A DNA stretch of 63,675 bases, counting the filler, from Octopus bimaculoides (lineage: Eukaryota), in NCBI RefSeq assembly GCF_001194135.2. It is 5 parts of 5 records of this genome, joined end to end, with 100 filler letters (N's around TTAATTAATTAA, not from the genome) between each part and the next. Parts side by side here need not be neighbours in the genome. Positions count along the whole stretch, not along the records: positions 44,771 to 57,671 come from NC_069006.1; positions 57,772 to 62,477 come from NW_026410817.1; positions 62,578 to 63,675 come from NC_068998.1; 2 more parts are not named here. The stretch is one strand, 5' to 3'. Position 1 is the stretch's first letter. Every line of letters starts with the position of its first letter. Below are positions 53,129 to 63,675 of this stretch, in pieces. The position numbers and the translations under genes were made by a program. A model generated the notes under the pieces. It worked only from the letters and a program-made list of their open reading frames with translations, was not told the origin of the DNA and did not search any database.

Positions 53129-54397
53129 TTAGGTCGTCAAGTATGAAATTTATGGTAAGGTATATGGTAAACTTTGACAGCTGCTCATTTTGCCCCACTA
53201 TTACATTTTGACAACCTTTATTTTTTGTTAGAACGCTGACACATCTATTTCTTTATTCCAACTCATTTTGCACTTCATAAAGTATTTATAAATCGTTTTT
53301 TGCTATTTTTGTTTAAGGTGGATAAGTCGGAAATTCGTACATTTTTCAAATATGAGTTCCTTCTTAGAAATACAGCATCATAGACAGCTCGGAATATTAA
53401 TGGATTATTTCATTCTAATGTTATTACACAGCAGACAGTATCAAATTAGGTTGCAAAATTTCCTTCTGGTAACTTTGACCTCACAAATGAGCAACGCGGT
53501 CGACCCGAAACAAAGGTGGATAATGACTAACTGAAAGCCACCGTCGAGTCAGATCCATCTCAAAATACCAGTGCATTACTGTTGTTGTTTGGTGTTAGCA
53601 AGCAAACAATATTGACTCACCTAGTTCAAATGGGTAAAGTGAAAACGATGGATAAGTGGGTTCCACATAAACTCAATGAAAATCAGAAACAGCAACTTTT
53701 GGAAGCCTGCATTATGCTACTTTCTCGTCACAAAAATGAATCCTTTTTGAATCGAATTGTAACATGTGATGAGAAATGGATCCAATACAACAACCGTAAA
53801 TGGTTGGACAAAGACGAGCCACCAAAACAGTCCAAAAAGCAAAATTTATCAAAAGAAGCTGATGGTGTGTGTTTGATGGTCTGTCGCAGGTGTGATCCAT
53901 TATGAATTCATTAAACCTGGCCCATAAATTACGGCCGAAGTATACTGCAGCCAACTGGACCAAATGATGCAGAAACTTACAAAAAACAGCCTAGATTAAT
54001 CAACAGATCTACTCCTATTTTATTACAAGACAACGCCAGGCCACACATCGCAAAAATGACATTGGCGAAACTACAAGATTTGAAACTGGAAGTTCTCCAT
54101 CATCCACCATTCTCACCTGATCTTGCCCTCACTGATTACCACTTCTTCCAGAATTTGGATAACTTTTTCATAGAAAAAAATTTAATTCCGACGATGCTGT
54201 AAAACAGGCCTTCCAAAATTTTATTGACGCTAGATTGCCAGGCTTTTACAGTTACGGGCTGGACAAGCTACCGCTGAAATGGCAAAAGTGTATTGACGAT
54301 ATGGGCACATACTTTGATGAATAAAACTATTCCTTGTATTTATAAAACATTAGCAAACTTTTTTTCATTTCTACAAATTTCATACCTGACGATCTAA
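53129..54397 (+). mobile_element. Near full-length mariner (DD34D), 1269 bp, with TIRs and TA duplication, in CYP intron 2
   Basis: TIR TTAGGTCGTCAAGTATGAAATTT (53129-51) versus reverse complement of 54375-97, 21/23 identical; TA at 53127-28 and 54398-99; broken ORF 53318-54324 with KWVPHKL, VTCDEKW, LQDNARPH and SPDLALTDYHFF (34 residues D to D). Confidence 0.96.
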
Positions 54398-54433
54398 TAT
54401 TAAAGTCGTTCGTTTATATTTTTATATTTTCAG

Positions 54434-54486
54434 GGTTTTACTAAAGTATTCAAACACTGGAGGGAAATCTATGGTGACGTATATGG
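54434..54486 (+). CDS. CYP3A-like exon 3 (53 nt)
   Basis: Acceptor tttttatattttcag; GFTKVFKHWREIYGDVY(G), compare CYP3A4 GFCMFDMECHKKYGKVWG; donor GG|GTAAGA, phase 2. Confidence 0.92.
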
Positions 54487-55289
54487 GTAAGAATGATTTC
54501 TTTGTTACTTAGATAATTGAGAAGGGTTTAGCAGAACAAATTCACTTTGGCGGTGAGGACGGAGATGAGTTGTGAGATTCAGGGCAGAGCCCTATGAAAA
54601 TAGGCAGGTGCAGCGTACACACACTCACACAGGTGCACGTACACACGCTCACACGCACACGCACGCACACACACACACATACACACACACATATATAAAT
54701 TGGCAGCGGAACATATATCTGAAAAAGAATCACACTCTAAATGTCAGAGCAGTAATGTATTTACATGAAGTTAAATATACAACCGGTCACAGTGTGACTA
54801 ATGGTTTCGTATCCACAAAGCGCTTAGCCTTATAGACGACTCTTCTGACTCTAATGGCCGCGGGCATATACTCTGTCTTCAAACAGGATTTAGAAAACTG
54901 TTACATTCAGTTAATTTTTAAACAAGAGAATATGATACAATGCCTAAGCCTTAAACAGAATGCGTTATGACCCTTAGACCAGTGTGGTCAGCAAATCTTA
55001 AGGACCTAAAGGCGAATAGGGGATCTCCACCCTTGGTTGGTTCCGGCCCACAAATATTTTAAACATTTCTAATCAACGAACTGGGAATCCCACATCTGGG
55101 GCAGGTAGAATTTGAAATGGGGGCCCGGTTTATAGATCTTGTGTCATGAGTTTATGAGAGACCCCTGATCCAATGAGTCTTTAAGGATCCTTGCCCTCTC
55201 TGCTATACAAAGCTTGTATCATCTGCTCTTCGGCTGCTTTATGATCCAAAACTTAATCCTCGCTTCACCGTGCTGCGCAAAAATCAACC

Positions 55290-55880
55290 TTGTACTAAGC
55301 TTGTATGTTGTTTCATCAACCCACGAAGGTTAAAAGTCTAAGTTGATCTTGTCAGGATTTGAACTCAGAAAATAAGGGACAAAACGTATACTGCAACACA
55401 TTTTTTCTGATGCTCTGACAATCCTGCCAGTGTATTTCCTTGATCTAGAGTTAAAGTAACTGTGTTTTATTAAGGTACAAAGCAGGCTATTTTGAGAAGG
55501 TGGGTTTCATCGATTGAAATGCCTCCAGTACTTGACTGGGACTTTGTGTTATCAACACCAGCGAGATGAAAAGCAAAGTTGGCTTCAGTAGGATTTGAAC
55601 TCAGAGCTGCAACACACAGCATTTATTCCAATGTCCTAACAAGTGTGCTAGTTTGCTACCTTGACCAGGGCTGAAAATAATTAATGTCTAAAGTTTAGTA
55701 TGGATTTCATGAATTTTCATGGTATGGGAGCTGTCAAGACAATCACGTGCAGTTCGTGACTTGTACTTTATTTTATCGACCCCTACAGGGTTAAAAAAAA
55801 CAGATTTTACTTTGGCTGGATTTGAAATCAGAACACTAAATACTGCAAGTAATTTATTCTGATACTCTTCAATGTTTATA
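55290..55880 (-). mobile_element. Three degenerate SINE family B fragments in CYP intron 3
   Basis: Repeated 'aaaag(c/t)(a/c)aagttg ... ggatttgaa(c/a)tcaga ... (t)actgcaa' segments at about 55320, 55560 and 55790. Confidence 0.7.
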
Positions 55881-56473
55881 ATCATCCGCTTGACCTAGGG
55901 TTAAAATAATAAAAACAAGTACAAGTCATCAGAGGGTGGATATCAGTCAGTCAGATGTCATCCTTGTGTCCAAGGGTCAGCTTACCTCCAATTATCTCTG
56001 TGTTGTGCTCAACCAGGCTCTTGTTTACAGTTCATTCTTTGATGTCTTTGATGGCTTCTTGCTTCCTTCCTCTCTTCACCACTTGTCAGGATGGTCTCTT
56101 GGAATGACTCACGAGGCATGTTTGGTCCCAAATATGACAAGTCTATGAACTTGATTCTCAACAAGAAGTGTCTATATTTTCAGCTTTTCTATGACTGCAG
56201 CATTTGTTACCCTGTCTTTATAGCTCATCCTGCCCAATCTGCTACAGATCCACATCTCAAACGCTTCTGTATTTTAATTCATAGCTTTGTACATTGTCCA
56301 AGTTTCTGTAGATTTTAAACCATTTTTTACCAAAAATGTAAGACAGTTACATATTTGAAAATCGTTGATGTCTGTTAGCTTAGAATTAACCAGAGATCAG
56401 CGAACAACAATAACAATAAAGATGTATATTAATCACATTCTCATTTCTGAAACAATATTTCTGTTTTTGGCAG

Positions 56474-56570
56474 TATGTACTTTGGAGTAGTTCCAAATTG
56501 TGTTGTAACTGATCCAGAATTTGTCCAAGAAGTTTTAGTCAAAAGATTTTCAAACTTTGTCAATCGAACA
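56474..56570 (+). CDS. CYP3A-like exon 4 (97 nt)
   Basis: Acceptor ttttctgtttttggcag; MYFGVVPNCVVTDPEFVQEVLVKRFSNFVNRT with the typical P450 'DP..v..VLVK.F..F.NR' motif; donor ACA|GTAAGT, phase 0. The four exons total 321 nt = 107 codons with no stop. Confidence 0.95.
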
Positions 56571-57381
56571 GTAAGTAATATAATCTTTTATCTTCTTTCT
56601 TTTTCTTTCCCTTGCGTAGAAACAAATTTTGTGTCTTGGGAGGGTCATTACACCAGTGATAATAACACACTCACTGGTTCGATTCTACTTCTCCATTATT
56701 AGTCAATTGCTTAAATATGTAATCAATTAAGTAACCAATTGTGTATTTAATCGAGGTGTTAAACAAATGACCAATTAGTCAATTGATCAGATATCCTATC
56801 AACTGACTAATAATAAAGAAGTGTAATTGAACCCGTGAAGGTGTTGTTATTGGCGTGATGACTCTCTCTAAACATATCAATTTAATATATTTTATATATC
56901 ATAGTGTATTCACAACTGTGTATAAAATTTCATGTAATTTTACAAGAAAATTTCAGATACAAGCTATTTTATAATTATACATATTAATCAACATACGGTA
57001 TTTGACGGTATAAAAGACACATAGAATTCTTTGATCTACATCAATTTCAACAGAACTGGTGGCGGTGGTAGCAATGACAATGATGATATTAATGACGATG
57101 TTGATGATGATGACTATGACGATTATTATTTTTATTGTTGTTGTTTTATTGAGTAAGAGAGTGGCATATACAATCAAAGTGACCCTTGGGTACAAATATA
57201 TGAAGCCCAATATGGGTCTCCAGTAGCCATTTAACCCTCATTAATTATATAATAATTCATTCATTCGCTTATGGTTTATGTCCCCACTTTGTGTTGTGTG
57301 TCCCTGTGCTGTCCCCTCTGTGTTTGGCCCTCAGTGGCCAATAAAGAAATTGAGCGTTATTATTATTATTATTATTATTAT

Positions 57382-57671
57382 TCAGTAGTTTTATTTTTAT
57401 AACGTACTTTCACTTCACTACCGAGCGCAGCTCTGTGCGCCTTGGGTATGTGCTGTGGTTTGCTGTGGTGCTCTTATGTTTACTGTATTGAAAGTGTTTT
57501 GCGTAGAATGTGTGCAGTACCCAGTAGTGCAATTTTCTGTATGTTATATATATTTGTAAGTCCTGGTGTTTTTGTTATGTATTTGTCTGAATATTTTTTT
57601 ATTATACCTAAGGCACCTACTATGATAGGAATTGTTTCTGTTTTTAGATTCCACATTCGAGTTATCTCTAT
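57382..57671 (-). mobile_element. R4/Dong-clade LINE 3' end with (AAT)n tail
   Basis: EITRMWNLKTETIPIIVGALGIIKK...QKIALLGTAHILRKTLSIQ*, then a 3' UTR running into the (ATT)n tract at about 57357-57382. Confidence 0.92.
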
Positions 57672-57771
57672 NNNNNNNNNNNNNNNNNNNNNNNNNNNNN
57701 NNNNNNNNNNNNNNNTTAATTAATTAANNNNNNNNNNNNNNNNNNNNNNNNNNNNNNNNNNNNNNNNNNNN

Positions 57772-60040
57772 TGGAGTTGCTATGTACATCCGCGAAGACC
57801 TCACACCCCAGGTCCTTTTGTGACACTCAAATTCAGAATGTGACACACTAATCGTTCATATAAGACAACTCAATGTAGTTATATGTGCTACATATTGCCC
57901 TCCAGGTGCTCCAAATTATGTAGGCAAGTTTGAAGACTGCCTTACAAAAATAGAAGAAGTTCTAGTGACATTAGAACAACACATAAGTGTACTTCTTATG
58001 GGAGACTTCAATCTGCCCAATGTCAGATGGCCCGAGGGCCTTTCTCTCCCAGGAATGACGCGATACGAACAAGGACAGGTGAATTCCCTCCTGAACCTCG
58101 CCAACACTTTGTACATGGAACAAATAGTACTCCAACCAACCAGGGCAGGTAATATACTGGATCTCTTCTTCACAAATAATATGGATCTCATCCATAATGT
58201 GAAAGTGACACCGACGCTACTCTCGGATCACATGGTAGAGCTGACCATGTACAGACCAAAGGAAACCATGGACATGCAGCCTACAAGAAACTCTCAGAAT
58301 CTTTCCAATTTGAACTTCCATAAGGCAAACTGNNNNNNNNNNNNNNNNNNNNNNNNNNNNNNNNNNNNNNNNNNNNNNNNNNNNNNNNNNNNNNNNNNNN
58401 NNNNNNNNNNNNNNNNNNNNNNNNNNNNNNNNNNNNNNNNNNNNNNNNNNNNNNNNNNNNNNNNNNNNNNNNNNNNNNNNNNNNNNNNNNNNNNNNNNNN
58501 NNNNNNNNNNNNNNNNNNNNNNNNNNNNNNNNNNNNNNNNNNNNNNNNNNNNNNNNNNNNNNNNNNNNNNNNNNNNNNNNNNNNNNNNNNNNNNNNNNNN
58601 NNNNNNNNNNNNNNNNNNNNNNNNNNNNNNNNNNNNNNNNNNNNNNNNNNNNNNNNNNNNNNNNNNNNNNNNNNNNNNNNNNNNNNNNNNNNNNNNNNNN
58701 NNNNNNNNNNNNNNNNNNNNNNNNNNNNNNNNNNNNNNNNNNNNNNNNNNNNNNNNNNNNNNNNNNNNNNNNNNNNNNNNNNNNNNNNNNNNNNNNNNNN
58801 NNNNNNNNNNNNNNNNNNNNNNNNNNNNNNNNNNNNNNNNNNNNNNNNNNNNNNNNNNNNNNNNNNNNNNNNNNNNNNNNNNNNNNNNNNNNNNNNNNNN
58901 NNNNNNNNNNNNNNNNNNNNNNNNNNNNNNNNNNNNNNNNNNNNNNNNNNNNNNNNNNNNNNNNNNNNNNNNNNNNNNNNNNNNNNNNNNNNNNNNNNNN
59001 NNNNNNNNNNNNNNNNNNNNNNNNNNNNNNNNNNNNNNNNNNNNNNNNNNNNNNNNNNNNNNNNNNNNNNNNNNNAAGGAGGATAAGTGAAATACTAAAT
59101 GAGCAATTCAAAAGTGTTTTCACTCCACCCCTAGGGCACTTTCAAGTCAGCAATCCAACTGACTTTTTTACCACTGCAGATATAAAAACAGAGGCAATGG
59201 AAGACGATGTAATAAGGGCTATAGATGAACTGAACCCAAACTCAGCTACTGGCCCTGATGGATTCCCAGCAATCCTTCTAAAGGTATGTAAACGAGTCCT
59301 AGCAAGACCGCTGCAGTCCCTCTTTCAGAGCTTCCTTGCATCTGGCAAACTCCCAAGAAAACTGAAGGAGGGAAAAATATTCATAAAGGAGGTAGCAGAG
59401 CAGAGGCCAAGAACTACTGACCTATCTCTCTGACCTCGCACATCAGCAAGAAAATGACTTGCTGCCTGACACCCAACATAGTTTCCGACCAGGAAGAAGC
59501 TGCCTGACTCAGCTCTTACAACACTATGACTGGGTGCTGAGACAGCTACTTAACCACTCAAATGTGGAAGTGATATATCTCGATTTTGCAAAGGCCTTTG
59601 ATAAAGTCGATCATGGAATGATATGTCACAAACTGCGTGATCTCGACATAGTTGGAAAATTGGGAGAATGGCTTCATGACTTTCTGAAGGATAGAAGTCA
59701 GGTGGTAGTAGCCAATGGGGCCACCTCCAGTAACATGCAAATAGTGAGCGGTGTTCCGCAAGGCACTGTTTTGGGACCACTACTGTTCATAATGGCCCTT
59801 TCAGACATGCCCTCAGCCACACAGAGAGCCACGGTCACAAGTTATGCAGATGATACAAAAGTCTCACAGGTAATACAGAACCTTGAAGACACTATGCACC
59901 CGCAATGTGAACTGGATGAAATATACAAGTGGACTGAAAAGAATAACATGCAGTTTAATGCTGAAAAGTTTCAAGCCTTGTGCTATCAGCATGCAAAACT
60001 AAATGCAGTACCCATTAAATACACTGGACCATGTGTCACC
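57772..60040 (+). mobile_element. CR1-type LINE ORF2 (APE endonuclease plus RT), gapped and frameshifted, in CYP intron 4
   Basis: GVAMYIRE, LLMGDFNLP, QPTRAGNILDLFFTN (APE); GPDG, YLDFAKAFDKVDH, SGVPQGTVLGPLLF, SYADDTK (RT). Confidence 0.95.
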
Positions 60041-61017
60041 NNNNNNNNNNNNNNNNNNNNNNNNNNNNNNNNNNNNNNNNNNNNNNNNNNNNNNNNNNNN
60101 NNNNNNNNNNNNNNNNNNNNNNNNNNNNNNNNNNNNNNNNNNNNNNNNNNNNNNNNNNNNNNNNNNNNNNNNNNNNNNNNNNNNNNNNNNNNNNNNNNNN
60201 NNNNNNNNNNNNNNNNNNNNNNNNNNNNNNNNNNNNNNNNNNNNNNNNNNNNNNNNNNNNNNNNNNNNNNNNNNNNNNNNNNNNNNNNNNNNNNNNNNNN
60301 NNNNNNNNNNNNNNNNNNNNNNNNNNNNNNNNNNNNNNNNNNNNNNNNNNNNNNNNNNNNNNNNNNNNNNNNNNNNNNNNNNNNNNNNNNNNNNNNNNNN
60401 NNNNNNNNNNNNNNNNNNNNNNNNNNNNNNNNNNNNNNNNNNNNNNNNNNNNNNNNNNNNNNNNNNNNNNNNNNNNNNNNNNNNNNNNNNNNNNNNNNNN
60501 NNNNNNNNNNNNNNNNNNNNNNNNNNNNNNNNNNNNNNNNNNNNNNNNNNNNNNNNNNNNNNNNNNNNNNNNNNNNNNNNNNNNNNNNNNNNNNNNNNNN
60601 NNNNNNNNNNNNNNNNNNNNNNNNNNNNNNNNNNNNNNNNNNNNNNNNNNNNNNNNNNNNNNNNNNNNNNNNNNNNNNNNNNNNNNNNNNNNNNNNNNNN
60701 NNNNNNNNNNNNNNNNNNNNNNNNNNNNNNNNNNNNNNNNNNNNNNNNNNNNNNNNNNNNNNNNNNNNNNNNNNNNNNNNNNNNNNNNNNNNNNNNNNNN
60801 NNNNNNNNNNNNNNNNNNNNNNNNNNNNNNNNNNNNNNNNNNNNNNNNNNNNNNNNNNNNNNNNNNNNNNNNNNNNNNNNNNNNNNNNNNNNNNNNNNNN
60901 NNNNNNNNNNNNNNNNNNNNNNNNNNNNNNNNNNNNNNNNNNNNNNNNNNNNNNNNNNNNNNNNNNNNNNNNNNNATATATATATATATATATATATACA
61001 TATAGATATACATCATC

Positions 61018-61550
61018 ATCATCATCGTTTAACGTCTCTTTTCCCTGCTAGCATGGGTTGGACGGTTTGACTGGGGTCTGGGAAGCCAGGAGGCTGCACC
61101 AGGCTCCAGTCTGATCTGGCAGTGTTTCTACAGCTGGATGCCCATCCTAACGCCACTCACTCCATGAGTGTAGTGGTGCTTTTTACGTACCACCGACACA
61201 GGGGCTAGATGAGGCAGGCAACGGCCACAATTAGCTGGTGCTTTTTATGCGCCACCGGCACGGAAGCTAGTCAAGGCAGTGCTGGCATCGGCCACATTCA
61301 GATGGTGCTTTTTACGTGCCACCGGTATGGGTATCACAACTACAATTTCTATTTGATTTTCATTTTGATGTTGATGTACTTGACTCAATAGGTCTTCTGA
61401 AGCACAGCAGGTCGCCCTATGATCCAAGGTACTTTTGAATGGGCTGAGGCTGCTTATGCGAAACTGGTGTAGGATACAGCTGTGAACTCACTTTATTTGC
61501 CGGGTCGTCGCAGTCACACCATATCTCCAGAGGTCTCGGTCTTTTGTCAT
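61018..61550 (-). mobile_element. RTE-like 3' end / RTE-related SINE with (GAT)n tail
   Basis: Minus strand ends ...gacgttaaacgatgatgatgatg; three internal ggtgctttt(t)a.g..ccacc repeats. Family assignment is an inference from the tail style. Confidence 0.6.
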
Positions 61551-61554
61551 TGAC

Positions 61555-61589
<35 letters not shown>

Positions 61590-62070
61590 TATATATATAC
61601 ATACATATATATAGATATACATATATGAATAATAATAATAATAATAATAAATGAAGCAAAACGCATATAAATAAAAGTTCCTTTAATTCCTACACATGTT
61701 TCAAAATATATGAGAGAGCTCTTCTACAAAGAAGTAAGAGCTGCTGGAATTCCTCATATATTCCTCTTCAGGGAATCCATAAATAAACATATGAAAGCAA
61801 GACAAATACGAAATGATGAGGTAACTTGCGAGCAAAGATGTTACATGGTCAGTGACCGTTAGAACGTGTTTACATAGAGATATAAAGGGATCAATGATAT
61901 TATTCCATGGGCTTTAGGAATAAGAACGCTTGTTTACATAGAGATATAAAGGGAGGGGGTTGTAAACGTGATGCTAAAGGTTTAAATTAAATGAATGATT
62001 GAAATGTGGAAAATTGCTGAGTCAAAAATGGAGGAAGAGAAAGAACTAAGGGAGTACATCAAATTAAACA

Positions 62071-62400
62071 TCTATATATATATAAAAATGAGAATGTGTG
62101 TGCGTGTGTCTGTCTGTCTGTGTGAATCCCTAAAACTCGAGAACTACGCAACCAATTTCATTCAAATTTTACACATGCCTTACTTAGGGTTCCAGTTGTG
62201 TTTTAGTCAAAAAAAATTATTAACTTCTTGCAGAGTTCGAGCACACGGCAACATAATATCTCCTCCACTATTTAAGTATTACGTGTCAAAAGTGAAACAA
62301 AAACACTCATGTCAAATACTTTCACTTTAAAAATGAAACTATTCCACTAACTGAAACAATCACATTTCGCTACTGTAGTGACAGATACTTTCACAGAGAG
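62071..62400 (+). mobile_element. Helitron-like non-autonomous element, 5' end
   Basis: A|TCTATATATATATAAAA start followed by tgtctgtctgtctg; the 3' hairpin/CTRR end is not seen (gap at 62478). Confidence 0.5.
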
Positions 62401-63675
62401 AGAAAGAGAGAAAGAGAGAGACAGAAAGAGAGAGACAGAAAGAGAGAGACAGAAAGAGAGAGACAGAAAGAGAGAGANNNNNNNNNNNNNNNNNNNNNNN
62501 NNNNNNNNNNNNNNNNNNNNNTTAATTAATTAANNNNNNNNNNNNNNNNNNNNNNNNNNNNNNNNNNNNNNNNNNNNTATATATATATATATATGCATGT
62601 ATGGACACATATACAGTAAGGAAGTGAAACACAACGAATGAATATGTTTATTATCGACATAGTGACCTTTCCGAGATAAAGTGTGATAATATCTCGAACT
62701 CTCATCAGTTTCCCCACATCAGGATCCGACCGCTTAGTTAAGTTTCCCATGCATATGTCTTCGGCAACTGGCGGTAATCTAGCTTCAGATTAGCAAGTTA
62801 CTGATCAGGCAATACGTACAAACTGACCAACTGGATAAACAACCCAGTAATTTGATCACTACCCTCAAGATGTGTGTAACGCCCACTACGTCTTTTCAGT
62901 AGAATTGTTAATACAAAAATGGTGTAGTGTTTGTCAGAAATCCAAAAGAAAGCTGGACATCACAGCTTTCATAGTATTTATCTTTCTCTTAGATAAAGAG
63001 TGAGATATTGTTTAAGGAGAATCCCCTATCTACCCAAGCTTTAAATAACTAAACTCAGAAAGAACATCGACGAGATGGCTACATTTGGAACCAGTGCGAT
63101 TTTAAAGCATGGGCGCACTGGACAGTTGTCTAGAGGCTTCACAGATCTAGGGGCCGTATTCTGATCTGCGTCTGCCGTATCTTGATGTCAGTAAATATAC
63201 CCTACAGGGCCCATTGCATGACAAAATCATGCAATCATGCATTGGTTTGCCCGGGGATCTGTAATGCTGCTCAGGAGGCCCTAATTGGAAACCCCTTACA
63301 CCAGAGGTCAGCTCTATCATGTCTGATTTGAGGTTAAGCAGTAATTTTATTAATACTGCAATAATGAGTATAAACGCTGCAACAATAACGTGTTGGTGAC
63401 GTCATTGTTCGAACGGAAACGATGACGCTCATAATTGATGGACTTTTAATGAACTCATTATAGAATTTTGATTAAACTTTAATACAAGGACGGCGTTGAG
63501 GGCGGTGTTAGCTATGACCTGTGGTGGTGGTGGTGGTGGTAGTTGATGTTGGCTGATAGTAATTATTGGTTGATGGTCGTTGGTTGATGTTTGGTATTGG
63601 TTGATGGCACTGGTGTTAGTAGTAGCGACAGTGTTGGTAGTAAAGGTGGTGGTGGTGGTGGTGGTGGTGTTAATG

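Noticed and set aside
61868-61954. Short direct repeats (gtttacatagagatataaaggga x2; also at about 8490, 16165, 20130) suggestive of repeat-spacer arrays
   Set aside because: Only two copies each; ordinary local duplications, with no array or cas genes.
62993-63060. Good acceptor (atctttctcttag) as candidate CYP exon 5; also 61772-61820
   Set aside because: Phase-0 reading hits a stop within 20 codons and shows no P450 similarity.

Overview
AT-rich, microsatellite-dense eukaryotic draft scaffold with many N gaps. The SINE families and repeat landscape look cephalopod (Octopus-like); this is an inference, not a database result. The only host gene I can support is the 5' part (exons 1-4, 107 aa) of a clan-3 (CYP3A-like) cytochrome P450 on the + strand at 46312-56570, with a TATA box just upstream; exon 5 onward was not found. 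Nearly everything else is transposon debris: six mariner and one Tc1 element (two mariners with intact TIRs and TA duplications), several R4/Dong-type RLE LINE fragments, a CR1-type LINE, a Penelope-like RT with hammerhead-like tail motifs, Tx1-like and RTE-like 3' ends, three tRNA-SINE families, MITE/foldback elements and a Helitron-like 5' end. Almost all ORFs in the supplied track are microsatellite or gap artefacts. No CRISPR or prokaryote-type system is present. The most interesting signals are a variant hammerhead core shared by two copies, a 58-bp hairpin in CYP intron 1, a mariner end that may supply the branch point of CYP intron 2, and retroelement families that each sit in a different microsatellite motif. 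All alignments and translations were done by eye.
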